From Asaia bogorensis (GTDB taxonomy: Bacteria; Pseudomonadota; Alphaproteobacteria; CACIAM-22H2), in the NCBI GenBank assembly GCA_945901855.1, contig CAMDLT010000020.1, positions 2,066 to 66,065 on the forward strand: a stretch of DNA of 64,000 bases. Reading direction: 5' to 3'. Shown here piece after piece: positions 47,395 through 56,520 of this stretch; position 1 is the first letter of the stretch; every line of letters starts with the position of its first letter. Position numbers and translations under genes: made by a program. The notes below the pieces were generated by a model. It ran no database searches. It was given only the letters and a program-made list of their open reading frames with translations, and was not told the DNA's origin.

Positions 47395-48084
47395 TTAACT
47401 GTCTTTCTTGGTGCCGTCGGGACCGATGCCGCCATGGGCATAGGACCACACGGCAGGCGCTTCGAGGAACTTGCGGACCTCGGCCAAGTCGGCATCGCTG
47501 TAGGCCTGTTGGGCTTGGGCTTCTTTGAGAACGTCCCACCACGTGGCGAGCGCGTGCAGATCGACGCCCTCGGCTTTGAGCGTTGCGACGCTTTCGGGAA
47601 AAATGCCGTAGTGGAAGACGACGAAGCTGTGCGCGACTTTGGCGCCCGCTTCGCGCAGGCCGTTGACGAAATGCATTTTGGATTTGCCGTCGGTCGCAAG
47701 ATCCTCGACCAGCAGCACGCGCTGGCCTTCGCGCAAATCGCCTTCGATCAGGGCGTTTCGCCCGAACCCTTTGGGCTTTTTGCGCACGTACAGCATGGGC
47801 AGTTCCAGTCGCTCGGCAATCCATGCGGCATAGGGAATGCCGGCCGTCTCGCCGCCCGCGACCGCATCGATTCCCGCAAACCCGATTTTGTTTTCGATGA
47901 CCGTTACGGCCATGTCCATCAGCTTGTTGCGCGCGCGCGGAAAGCCGATCAGCTTGCGGCAATCGCAATAGGTCGGGCTCGCCCAGCCCGACGTGAAGAT
48001 GTAGGGCGTTGCCGGGTTGAAGTGGATCGCCTTGGTCTCGATCAGAATGCGGGCGGTCGTCTGGGCGATCTCGTCTGGCGTCAT
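47395..48084 (-). CDS. pyrE: Orotate phosphoribosyltransferase.
   Basis: 229 aa from MTPDEIAQTTARILIETKAIHF. PRPP-binding motif VLLVEDLATDGKS. Confidence 0.8.
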   Translation of the reverse strand: MTPDEIAQTTARILIETKAIHFNPATPYIFTSGWASPTYCDCRKLIGFPRARNKLMDMAVTVIENKIGFAGIDAVAGGETAGIPYAAWIAERLELPMLYVRKKPKGFGRNALIEGDLREGQRVLLVEDLATDGKSKMHFVNGLREAGAKVAHSFVVFHYGIFPESVATLKAEGVDLHALATWWDVLKEAQAQQAYSDADLAEVRKFLEAPAVWSYAHGGIGPDGTKKDS

Positions 48085-48235
48085 GTCGGGTCCTTTGCCG
48101 ATGCGGGAGAGCGTCTTTTTTAGGCCTGCCTGCGCACTGCCCGCAAGGGGAACGCCGCGAAAACGGTCCATTTTGGGGCTTTGCAAGACTTGGCCCGCAT
48201 CGCCTAAGCTCCTGATCCCACGAGGAGGGAACGCG

Positions 48236-49063
48236 ATGGCTGCCAAACGCTCGAAACTTTACCAATCCGCCGCGAACGATCCAGTTTTGGTCGACCGGGC
48301 GGTCGCTGGGGATCCGCGCATTGTGACCGTAATTTTGAATCGCCCGGAAAAGCTCAACGCGATTTCCTCGGCGATGTGGGCGAAGTTGGGCGAAACGATG
48401 CGGGCCCTGAATGCCGAGCCGGACATCGGCTGCATCGTGCTGCGCGGTGCGGGCGACAAGGCTTTCGGCCCCGGAGCGGACATCTCCGAATTCGAGAAGA
48501 CGCGCAAAACGACCAAGCTTGCGATCGCGTACGGACGCACGATGCACGCGACGCTCGCGGCGGTCGGCGAATGCCGTCACCCTGTCGTGGCGCTGATCAA
48601 GGGGCTTTGCGTCGGCGGGTCGCTCGAAATTGCGAGCATGTGCGATCTGCGCATTGCGGGCGAAAGCGCGCGCTTCGGCGTGCCGATCAACCGCATCGGC
48701 GTGATCATGGCCTATCCCGAACTTTCCGCCCTGGTCGGTTTGGTGGGCGAGGCGGTCGCCAAAGAAATCCTGCTCGAGGCGCGCGTATTCGGCGCTGCGG
48801 AAGCCAAAGACAAGGGCCTGGTCACGCGCGTGGTCGCGGATGCGAATGTCGAGGAAGAAGCGTATCTGGCGGCCGGGCGGATCGCTGCGGGCGCGCCGCT
48901 GTCGAACCGCTGGCACAAAAAATTTGCGCGTCGGCTGCGCTCGCCCAAACCCCTGACGCGCGCCGAGTATCTCGAAGGATTCGCGAACTGCGATACCAAG
49001 GACTATCTCGAAGGCTACCGCGCGTTCCTTGAGAAGCGGCGCCCGAAGTTCGAGGGCCGCTAG
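48236..49063 (+). CDS. Enoyl-CoA hydratase/isomerase (crotonase) family protein.
   Basis: 275 aa from MAAKRSKLYQ. The oxyanion-hole region is LRGAGDKAFGPGADISEF. The crotonase fold pattern continues to the C-terminus. Confidence 0.8.
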   Translation: MAAKRSKLYQSAANDPVLVDRAVAGDPRIVTVILNRPEKLNAISSAMWAKLGETMRALNAEPDIGCIVLRGAGDKAFGPGADISEFEKTRKTTKLAIAYGRTMHATLAAVGECRHPVVALIKGLCVGGSLEIASMCDLRIAGESARFGVPINRIGVIMAYPELSALVGLVGEAVAKEILLEARVFGAAEAKDKGLVTRVVADANVEEEAYLAAGRIAAGAPLSNRWHKKFARRLRSPKPLTRAEYLEGFANCDTKDYLEGYRAFLEKRRPKFEGR

Positions 49064-49064
49064 G

Positions 49065-50258
49065 GTGCCGGGCGCGCTTGCAGGTCTGCGCATCGTCGAG
49101 CTTGCGCATATCATGGCCGGACCCGTCGCAGGCTTGATGCTGGCCGACATGGGGGCCGAAATCGTCAAGGTTGAAAAGCTGCCGGGCGGCGACGACACGC
49201 GCCGCATGGTGCCGCCGCGCGTCGGCGCGGAAAGCGCCGCCTATCTGATGATGAATCGCAACAAGCGCGGTATTGCTCTCGATCTCAAAACGCCGGGCGG
49301 CAAAGCGGCGTTGCGCCGTCTGATCGAGCGCGCCGACGTGCTGATCGAAAACTACCGTGCGGGCACGCTCGAAAAACTCGGGTTCGGCTATGCGCAGGTG
49401 CGCGCATGGGCTCCGCGGCTTGTTTATTGTTCGCTGTCCGGCTTCGGGCGCACGGGACCGTACGCTGGACGCGGCGGGTTCGATTTGGTCGCGCAGGGAA
49501 TGTCGGGCTTGATGAGCGTTACCGGCGAGGGGCCGGGACGCGCGCCCGTTAAAGTTGGCGCGCCGGTCACCGACATCACATCCGGGATTCTCGCCGCGAT
49601 GGGAATCCTTGGGGCCCTGCAGGCGCGCGCGCGGACGGGGCAGGGGCAGCTTGTCGAAACCTCGCTGTTTGAAGCGGGGATCGTGCAGACATATTGGCAG
49701 TCGGCTATCGCCCTTGCGACGGGCACGTCGCCCGGACCCCTTGGTTCCGCGCATCCGTTGAACGCGCCCTACCAAGCCTTCGAAACGGCCGACGGGTGGA
49801 TCAATGTGGGCGCCTCGAACCAAGCGACGTGGTTGAAATTGGTCGCAGCGCTCGAGGCTCCCGCGTTGGACGACGATCCGCGCTTTGCGAGCAATGCCGC
49901 GCGCATGGCCAATCTGCCGGCCCTTGTCGAAATTCTAGCGCCGCTATTCAAAGGGCGGACGACATCCGCGTGGCTGGATATCTTCGACGCCGTCAACATG
50001 CCGGCCGGTCCGGTGCTGTCGATCGGCGAGATGCTGGCCGATCCGCAGACCCTCGCGCGTGCGATGGTCGTGGAAACCGACCATGCAACGCTCGGCCCTG
50101 TCAAAACGCTGGGCGCACCCGTCAAGTTTTCGGATACGCCCAGTGCGATAACGCGCGCCGCCCCCGTGCTGGGCCAGCATACAAACGACGTGCTGGTGGA
50201 GCTTGGCTATTCCAACGCGGAAATCGAGGACTTGCGCGCGAGCGGTGCGGTGGGTTAG
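49065..50258 (+). CDS. Family-III CoA-transferase (CaiB/BaiF/Frc family).
   Basis: About 397 aa with a probable GTG start 1 nt after the hydratase stop. LRIVELAHIMAGPVAGLMLADMGAEIVKVE is the family N-terminal signature. An upstream overlapping ATG at 49029 is also possible. Confidence 0.8.
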   Translation: MPGALAGLRIVELAHIMAGPVAGLMLADMGAEIVKVEKLPGGDDTRRMVPPRVGAESAAYLMMNRNKRGIALDLKTPGGKAALRRLIERADVLIENYRAGTLEKLGFGYAQVRAWAPRLVYCSLSGFGRTGPYAGRGGFDLVAQGMSGLMSVTGEGPGRAPVKVGAPVTDITSGILAAMGILGALQARARTGQGQLVETSLFEAGIVQTYWQSAIALATGTSPGPLGSAHPLNAPYQAFETADGWINVGASNQATWLKLVAALEAPALDDDPRFASNAARMANLPALVEILAPLFKGRTTSAWLDIFDAVNMPAGPVLSIGEMLADPQTLARAMVVETDHATLGPVKTLGAPVKFSDTPSAITRAAPVLGQHTNDVLVELGYSNAEIEDLRASGAVG

Positions 50259-51406
50259 CGCACGACCAGATCGATCGGGCGCGACGAAATCCGCTCGTTT
50301 CCGGTTTGCGTGACAATCACCGACTCGCCGGGGCACATCGCCGTGCCGGTCTCGCTGTCCATCAAGATCATGTGCAGGAAAAACACCATGTTCGGAGCCA
50401 CGATCGCCGGATTGCCCGCATAGAACATCGGCCAGTCCATCCAGTTTGGCGCGAATGTGGTGCCGAGCGAATATCCGCACGCATTCAAACGATGGGCCGA
50501 CATGCCCGCTTTGTCGCACACGCGCGCATACGCGTCGAACACCGCACCGACGGGCTCGCCTGGCCGCAGCGCTTCCCGGCAGGCCGCAAGGGCGTCCACG
50601 CATATCGCGTGCATGCGTCGATGGAGATCGCTGGCCTTCCCGACCGGGATCGTGCGCATCAAGCACGCATGGTAGTGCCGATACGCGCCTGCAAATTCCA
50701 GCGTGATCTGGTCCTGCGGTCCCAGGCTTTTGCGGCCGCTGAAATAGCGGCAGAGCAGCGCGTCTTTTCCCGATCCGATGATGAATTCGTTGGCCGGATC
50801 GTCGCCGCCGCCGCGATAGATGGCGCTGTGCATCGCTGCCAGAACGTCGCCTTCGAACGCGCCGGGGGCTATTGTCGCATGCGCCGCGTCGAGTGCGGCA
50901 TCGGCCAGTTCGCCAGCCTTGCGAACGTAAACAAGCTCGGCCGGGCTTTTGACGACGCGCAAGCGCGTGACCAAATCCGAGGCCTCAACGAGCGTAGCAA
51001 AGCCGTCCAGCGCAGCCTCAAGCTTGCGCCCGTTGGCGTGGGTCAGGCCGTAGGCATCAAACTCCGCCCCGAAGGTTTTTCCTGCAAGACCGAACTCGGC
51101 CAGGATTTGGCGCAGTTCCAAGGCCGGGTCGGCGCCGTCGCGATCGGTCCAAACGCGGATATCGTCGAGAATCGATGTATGCCGCGCTTGGCGCAAATCG
51201 GGCGCGCGCGTGAGCAGCATCGTGCGCCCGTCCGCGCCCAGATACAGGCATTGGAAGAACACGTACCCGAACGTGTCGTAGCCGGTCAGGTAGTACATGC
51301 TTTCTTGACGGAAAATCAGAATCCCGTCGAGGCCGCGCGACGCCATTGCGGCGACCGCAGCGCTGCGACGGGCTTCAAACTCGCTTCGTTCGAAATGCAG
51401 CGCCAT
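50255..51406 (-). CDS. M24-family metallopeptidase-fold hydrolase (Xaa-Pro aminopeptidase / creatinase / ectoine hydrolase-like).
   Basis: 383 aa from MALHFERSEFEARR. N-terminal creatinase-type domain and C-terminal pita-bread domain. Start taken at codon 47 of track ORF 50255..51544. Confidence 0.7.
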   Translation of the reverse strand: MALHFERSEFEARRSAAVAAMASRGLDGILIFRQESMYYLTGYDTFGYVFFQCLYLGADGRTMLLTRAPDLRQARHTSILDDIRVWTDRDGADPALELRQILAEFGLAGKTFGAEFDAYGLTHANGRKLEAALDGFATLVEASDLVTRLRVVKSPAELVYVRKAGELADAALDAAHATIAPGAFEGDVLAAMHSAIYRGGGDDPANEFIIGSGKDALLCRYFSGRKSLGPQDQITLEFAGAYRHYHACLMRTIPVGKASDLHRRMHAICVDALAACREALRPGEPVGAVFDAYARVCDKAGMSAHRLNACGYSLGTTFAPNWMDWPMFYAGNPAIVAPNMVFFLHMILMDSETGTAMCPGESVIVTQTGNERISSRPIDLVVR

Positions 51407-53148
51407 CAGTGGCTTTCGCGGCCCACGGGCGCGCCCGAATTGCCGACCAAGAAGTCCAGATCCACGCCCTTGTCGGCTTGGTTGACCGTTTCGACATAGA
51501 GTTTGGCATAGCCGCGCGTTTCGTGCTGCGGCGGGCCTTTCCACTTCTTGCGGCGCTCGGCTAACACGGCATCGCTGACATCGAGGTGCAGCTTGCGCTT
51601 GGATACATCGAGTTCGATCACGTCGCCGGTTTGCACGAGCGCCAAAGGCCCGCCGGCCGCAGCTTCAGGCGCTGTGTGCAGCACGACTGTGCCATAGGCG
51701 GTACCGGACATGCGTGCGTCGGAAATGCGCACCATGTCCTTGATGCCTTTTTTCAGCAGCTTGGCGGGCAGCGCGAAATTGCCGACCTCGGGGAATCCCG
51801 GATAGCCTTTGGGCCCGCAATTCTTGAGTACCAAGATGCAGTTCGCGTCGACATCGAGCTTTGGATCGTCGACGCGTTTGTTGTAGTCGTCGATATCCTC
51901 GAATGCGACCGCGCGTCCTTTGTGTTTCATCAAGGACGGCGTTGCGGCCGAAGGCTTCAGCACGGCGCCGTCGGGCGCCAGATTGCCGCGCAAGACAGCG
52001 ATGCCGCCTTGTTTCTTGAACGGTTTGGCGAGCGGCGTGATGACCGCCTGGTTCCAGTTTTTGGCGTCCTTGACGTTGTCCCAGATCGTCCGGCCGTTCA
52101 CGGTCAACGCATTCTTGTGCAGCATGCTGCCGACTTCCTTCAGCACCGTCGGCAACCCGCCCGCGTAGTAGAAATCTTCCATCAGATACTTGCCCGACGG
52201 CATCAGATTGACGAGGCAAGGGACCTTGCGTCCCAAGCGGTCCCAGTCGTCGAGCGTGAGTTCCACGCCCATGCGCCCGGCGATCGCGAGCAGATGCACG
52301 ACCGCATTGGTCGAGCCGCCGATGGCGCCGTTGGCGACGATCGCGTTCTTGAAAGCCTGCTTTGTGAGGATCTTCGACATTTTAAGATTTTCGCGCACCA
52401 TCTCGACCGCGCGCTTGCCGGCCATGTAGGCGAGGGTCTTGCGGCGGCTGTCGGCGGCGGGGATGGCAGCGTTGGTCGGCAGCCCCATGCCAAGCGCTTC
52501 CACCATCGATGCCATCGTGGAGGCAGTACCCATGGTCATGCAATGGCCGATCGAGCGCGACATGCAAGCTTCGGCCTCGTTGACGTCGGCTTGCGTAAGC
52601 TCGCCGGTCTTGAGCATTTCCGTGAATTTCCACACATGCGTGCCCGAGCCGATTTCCTGATCGCGCCAGCGTCCGTTGAGCATCGGGCCGCCCGACACGG
52701 CGATGGTCGGCAAGTCGCAGCTGGCAGCGCCCATCAGCAAGGCGGGCGTGGTCTTGTCGCAGCCCACCAGCAGGACGACGCCGTCCATCGGATTGGCGCG
52801 GATCGATTCTTCGACATCCATGCTGGCCAAATTGCGGAAAAGCATGGTGGTCGGCCGCATCAAGGATTCGCCAAGGCTCATGACCGGAAATTCGAGCGGG
52901 AATCCGCCCATTTCGATCACGCCTTTTTTGACCATCTCGGCCAACTCGCGAAAATGGCCGTTGCAGGGGGTCAGTTCCGACCAAGTATTGCAAATGCCGA
53001 CGACGGGGCGGCCGTCGAACATATGGGCGGGCGTGCCTTGATTTTTCATCCACGAGCGGTGCACCAGACCGTCGCGGTCCTGGCGTCCGAACCACTGCTT
53101 GGAACGCAGTTCGCCCTTTTTGAAATGGCGCTTCTTTTTGTTGGCCAT
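51406..53148 (-). CDS. IlvD/EDD-family dehydratase, sugar-acid dehydratase type (xylonate/arabonate/galactonate dehydratase-like).
   Basis: 580 aa. Lys-rich N-terminus MANKKKRHFKKGELRSKQWF. PVVGICNTWSELTPCNGHF (the Fe-S Cys). CDKTTPA. SGGPM. The stop overlaps the start of the downstream M24 gene by 1 nt. Confidence 0.8.
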   Translation of the reverse strand: MANKKKRHFKKGELRSKQWFGRQDRDGLVHRSWMKNQGTPAHMFDGRPVVGICNTWSELTPCNGHFRELAEMVKKGVIEMGGFPLEFPVMSLGESLMRPTTMLFRNLASMDVEESIRANPMDGVVLLVGCDKTTPALLMGAASCDLPTIAVSGGPMLNGRWRDQEIGSGTHVWKFTEMLKTGELTQADVNEAEACMSRSIGHCMTMGTASTMASMVEALGMGLPTNAAIPAADSRRKTLAYMAGKRAVEMVRENLKMSKILTKQAFKNAIVANGAIGGSTNAVVHLLAIAGRMGVELTLDDWDRLGRKVPCLVNLMPSGKYLMEDFYYAGGLPTVLKEVGSMLHKNALTVNGRTIWDNVKDAKNWNQAVITPLAKPFKKQGGIAVLRGNLAPDGAVLKPSAATPSLMKHKGRAVAFEDIDDYNKRVDDPKLDVDANCILVLKNCGPKGYPGFPEVGNFALPAKLLKKGIKDMVRISDARMSGTAYGTVVLHTAPEAAAGGPLALVQTGDVIELDVSKRKLHLDVSDAVLAERRKKWKGPPQHETRGYAKLYVETVNQADKGVDLDFLVGNSGAPVGRESH

Positions 53149-53226
53149 CGCTTCTTTTTCCTCGATTTGGACAAAACCTTACAATCGAGCTATTTCAATT
53201 GCCATGGCCATTTTGTGCAACATCCC

Positions 53227-54360
53227 ATGAAGCTCGCCTTCGTCAATCCGAACTTGGCGCACGACTACAACGTCGAGACGCCGTTTGCCGCCCCTTTGCC
53301 GGGATCGGAATCCGCGCAAGTTTATCTGGCGCTGGCAATGGCGCGGCGCGGGCACGAAGTTGGGCTCTTCACGGGCACGACGCGCACGGCAGGCCGCCTG
53401 CGCGGCGTGGCCCAAGCGCGCTGGTCCGGCGCGCTCGAGGGCGAGTTCGACGCGGTATTCGTAACCTCGGCCGTCGATCTTTTGGCGCCGCTGCGCGCGC
53501 AAGGTTTTGCGGGACCGATCTATGCCTGGCAGCACAATGTCATCGTCCCGGGCACCGAAGAAGCCGCATTGCTGGCAGAACTTACGCACCCGCGCGACCG
53601 CATCTTGTGCGTGAGCGACTGGCACAAGGCGAACTACGCCGCCAACGGCGTTGCTGCGGCGCGCATCGATGTTTTGCGCAACGCGATCGGCCCGCGTTTC
53701 GAAACGTTGTTCGCAGCCGGCGAATCCATCCTTGCCGCCAAAGCGCCGCGTGCGGCATTCACGTCCGTGCCGTACAAGGGCCTCAAACAGGCGCTGGCCT
53801 TTTTCAAGGATCTGCATGCGTTGCGGCCCGAACTGACGCTCGACGTGTTCTCCAGTTTCGATTTTTATCCGGCCAACAATCTCTTTCGCCGCCAGCCGAG
53901 TTGGCTGTTGCTGGCGGCGGAGGCCAAGTCAGCGGCCGGAGTCGCCTATCACGGCAACGTGGCGCAACCGGCGTTGGCCGAGGCCCTCAAGCGGGCCGTG
54001 CTGCTGTTCTATCCGAACGTCGCGGCGGAAACCTCGTCGATCGCGGTCATGGAGGCGATGGCGGCGGGGTGCGTCGTGGTGACGACGGCACTGGGAGCGT
54101 TGCCCGAAACAGTCGGCGATTTTGGTATTCTTGCCCCGGTTGTTGGGGGCAATATCGATCCGCAAGCCTATGTTTCGTCCGCCGCCGCCATAGCGGAGGC
54201 CTTTGCCGCAGGCAATTCGGCGCTGGAAGCGCGGTTGCAGATGCAGGTCGCGCACGTTACCGCAACGTGCCGCTGGGACATCCGCGCTGTGGAAGCCGAG
54301 CGGCTGCTGGCGGGACAGTTCGGTACGGACCGAAGTATCGGCACGTCTTCTCGGCTATAA
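53227..54360 (+). CDS. Glycosyltransferase family 4 (GT-B fold).
   Basis: 377 aa from MKLAFVNPNLAHDYNVETPF. The C-terminal GT4 nucleotide-sugar-binding pattern is ...YPNVAAETSSIAVMEAMAAGCVVV. It is the 3' part of shadow ORF 51586..54360. Confidence 0.7.
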   Translation: MKLAFVNPNLAHDYNVETPFAAPLPGSESAQVYLALAMARRGHEVGLFTGTTRTAGRLRGVAQARWSGALEGEFDAVFVTSAVDLLAPLRAQGFAGPIYAWQHNVIVPGTEEAALLAELTHPRDRILCVSDWHKANYAANGVAAARIDVLRNAIGPRFETLFAAGESILAAKAPRAAFTSVPYKGLKQALAFFKDLHALRPELTLDVFSSFDFYPANNLFRRQPSWLLLAAEAKSAAGVAYHGNVAQPALAEALKRAVLLFYPNVAAETSSIAVMEAMAAGCVVVTTALGALPETVGDFGILAPVVGGNIDPQAYVSSAAAIAEAFAAGNSALEARLQMQVAHVTATCRWDIRAVEAERLLAGQFGTDRSIGTSSRL

Positions 54361-54368
54361 TCTCGGAC

Positions 54369-55100
54369 ATGAAAAACGGTCCGACGATCGCGGGCGTGGC
54401 GTCGTTGCTGGGCGATCCTGCGCGCGCCAACATGATGGCGGCGCTGATGGCAGGCAAAGCGCTTACGGCAGGCGAACTGGCGCAGGAAGCCCGCGTGACG
54501 CCGCAGACCGCAAGCGGCCATCTGGCCCGGCTGGTCGATGCAGGGCTGCTTTTGGTCGAGGTGCAGGGGCGCCATCGCTATTTTCGTATCGCCGGGGCGG
54601 AGGTTGCCGAAGCGATCGAGACGCTGGAGGTATTGGCTGCGCGCACCGGCCATCTGCGCACGCGGCCGGGGCCGCGCGATCCGTCGCTGCGTGCCGCCCG
54701 ACGCTGCTACGACCATCTTGCCGGGGCGGCGGGCGTCGAACTCTTCGACGCGCTGCTCGAACAAGCGGTGCTGACGGTCGGCCCCGATGGGCTTGCCCTC
54801 AGCGTTGCGGGCCGCGCGCGTTTTTGCGTCGCAGGCATCGACCTTGCCGCGATGGACAAGCGCAGCCGTCCGCTTTGTCGGGCCTGCCTCGATTGGTCGG
54901 AGCGGCGCCCGCATCTTGCCGGATCGCTCGGCGCGGCGTTGCTTTCAATGTTTTTGGCGCGCAAATGGCTGCGCCGCGATCCGGGCAGCCGCGCGCTTTT
55001 GTTTTCGCCGGACGGACGCAAAGCGTTCGAGGCATTTTTGGGCCGGACGCCGGTTCATGCCGCGTTGTCTGGCCAGCTTTCGGCCGTCAACGAAACATAG
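54369..55100 (+). CDS. ArsR/SmtB-family transcriptional regulator with a C-terminal extension.
   Basis: 243 aa from MKNGPTIAGVASLLGDPARANMMAALMAGKALTAGELA. N-terminal ArsR wHTH. It is the 3' part of shadow ORF 53199..55100. Confidence 0.7.
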   Translation: MKNGPTIAGVASLLGDPARANMMAALMAGKALTAGELAQEARVTPQTASGHLARLVDAGLLLVEVQGRHRYFRIAGAEVAEAIETLEVLAARTGHLRTRPGPRDPSLRAARRCYDHLAGAAGVELFDALLEQAVLTVGPDGLALSVAGRARFCVAGIDLAAMDKRSRPLCRACLDWSERRPHLAGSLGAALLSMFLARKWLRRDPGSRALLFSPDGRKAFEAFLGRTPVHAALSGQLSAVNET

Positions 55101-55153
55101 CGCACCTTCGCAGAGCTACCGTCTTGCCTTTCCCGGTTCGGAGGATTGGCGCG

Positions 55154-55318
55154 ATGAAAGCGGTTTTGCGAGGTTTGATGCAGTTGCTGTATGTTTGGCA
55201 CGCGCGCGTGCGTTCGCGTGCGCACCTGGCCGAACTCGACGCATATCTGCTTGCCGACATGGGGCTTTCGCAAGCCGATATTCGCTGCGAATGCGCCAAA
55301 CCCTTCTGGAGACCGTGA
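55154..55318 (+). CDS. DUF1127-family small protein.
   Basis: 54 aa. ...YVWHARVRSRAHLAELDAYLLADMGLSQADI matches the DUF1127 pattern (W..R.R.R..L..L.D..L.DIGLSR.D). The stop abuts the ATG of the ABM gene. Confidence 0.55.
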   Translation: MKAVLRGLMQLLYVWHARVRSRAHLAELDAYLLADMGLSQADIRCECAKPFWRP

Positions 55319-55678
55319 ATGATCGCCGTGATTTTCGAGGTTCGCCCGGCCGAGGGCCGCAAATCGGCCTATCTCGAACATGCGGCGGCCTTGCGCGCCG
55401 AATTGGAGACCGTCGACGGGTTCGTGTCGGTCGAACGGTTCCAGAGCCTTTCCGACGACGGCAAAATGCTGTCGCTGTCGTTTTGGCGCGACGAGGCGTC
55501 GATCTTCAATTGGCGCAACCGTCCCTGCCATCGCGACGCGCAAAGCGCCGGACGGGGCGGTGTTTTTGCCGATTACCGGCTGCGCGTGGTTGGCGTGATC
55601 CGCGATTACGGCATGTTCGAGCGCACGCAAGCGCCAGCCGACAGTCGCGTGCAGCACGATCCGGGTTTTACGATCTAG
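55319..55678 (+). CDS. Antibiotic-biosynthesis-monooxygenase (ABM) domain protein.
   Basis: 119 aa. MIAVIFEVRP...FVSVERFQSL.....LSLSFWRDE.S matches the ABM ferredoxin-like fold pattern. Confidence 0.65.
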   Translation: MIAVIFEVRPAEGRKSAYLEHAAALRAELETVDGFVSVERFQSLSDDGKMLSLSFWRDEASIFNWRNRPCHRDAQSAGRGGVFADYRLRVVGVIRDYGMFERTQAPADSRVQHDPGFTI

Positions 55679-56519
55679 CGGCCCGACGCATCGAAACGAT
55701 GCCGCACGCCACCACCACGGCGGCCCCCAGCCACGTCCATAGACCGGGGACATCGCCGAAGAAAATCATGCCGAACAAGGTCGCAAACAGCAGCAGCGTA
55801 TAATTGTAAGGCTGTAGCGCGCTGGCAGGGGCGAGCGCGATGGCGCGGACGATCAAAATATGCGCGCCCGCCCCGCTAATGCCGCCGACAATCAGCCAGA
55901 ACCAGCCCGATGGATCCGGCGGATGCCAGTCGAACGAAGCGATCGTCCCGAGCACGATCAGGCCGACCAGCGGCGTGTGCAGCGTCGTGATGTCGGTGCT
56001 GTCTTTGGCCGACACGATGCGCGTGACCACTTGGTAGAGCGCCCAAAGCAGGGTGGCCGCGACCGCAATCCACATGGCGGCGCCAAGTTGCTCGAAGGAC
56101 GGGCCAACGATCATCGTCGCGCCGGCCATTCCGGCGGCGACGAGCATCCAGCCGAGCGCATCGACCTTTTCGCGCAAAAAGAAAAACGATAGGGCCGTCA
56201 CCAGCAACGGCGCGGCCGCCGCGACGGCATGCACGTCGGCCAACGGCAATGTGCGGAACGCCGTGACAAAGCACAGCATTTCGAGCAGCAAGATCGCCGT
56301 CCGCGCGGCTTGCCACCACGGCGCCTTTGTCTTGAGCACGATCCAGGGACCGGCACCCGCAAGCCAGCAGCCGATCGCGACGAACAGCGCGAAGCGGATC
56401 GCCATGATTTGCGGGATCGGATAAATCTGCGTGAGCGACTTGTTGATCGCGTCCATCGATGCGAACAGCGCCATGGACGCGACGGCCATCAAAATGGGCT
56501 TGAGCCCGATTTTCTCCAC
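55668..56519 (-). CDS. DMT-superfamily (EamA-type) transporter.
   Basis: 283 aa, 10 TM helices, two EamA repeats. Confidence 0.7.
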   Translation of the reverse strand: MEKIGLKPILMAVASMALFASMDAINKSLTQIYPIPQIMAIRFALFVAIGCWLAGAGPWIVLKTKAPWWQAARTAILLLEMLCFVTAFRTLPLADVHAVAAAAPLLVTALSFFFLREKVDALGWMLVAAGMAGATMIVGPSFEQLGAAMWIAVAATLLWALYQVVTRIVSAKDSTDITTLHTPLVGLIVLGTIASFDWHPPDPSGWFWLIVGGISGAGAHILIVRAIALAPASALQPYNYTLLLFATLFGMIFFGDVPGLWTWLGAAVVVACGIVSMRRAARS

Positions 56520-56520
56520 G

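Noticed and set aside
51400-51545. Apparent 1-nt frame inconsistency between my hand translation and the ORF-track protein near 51470
   Set aside because: Most likely my own character-counting error while reading the printed sequence. All coordinates reported here come from the ORF track plus codon arithmetic. I do not claim a frameshift or pseudogene.
53199-55100. 633-aa plus-strand ORF and 51586..54360 (924 aa)
   Set aside because: 5'-extended shadows. The real genes are the GT4 (53227..54360) and the ArsR regulator (54369..55100), both starting at internal ATGs with sensible N-termini.
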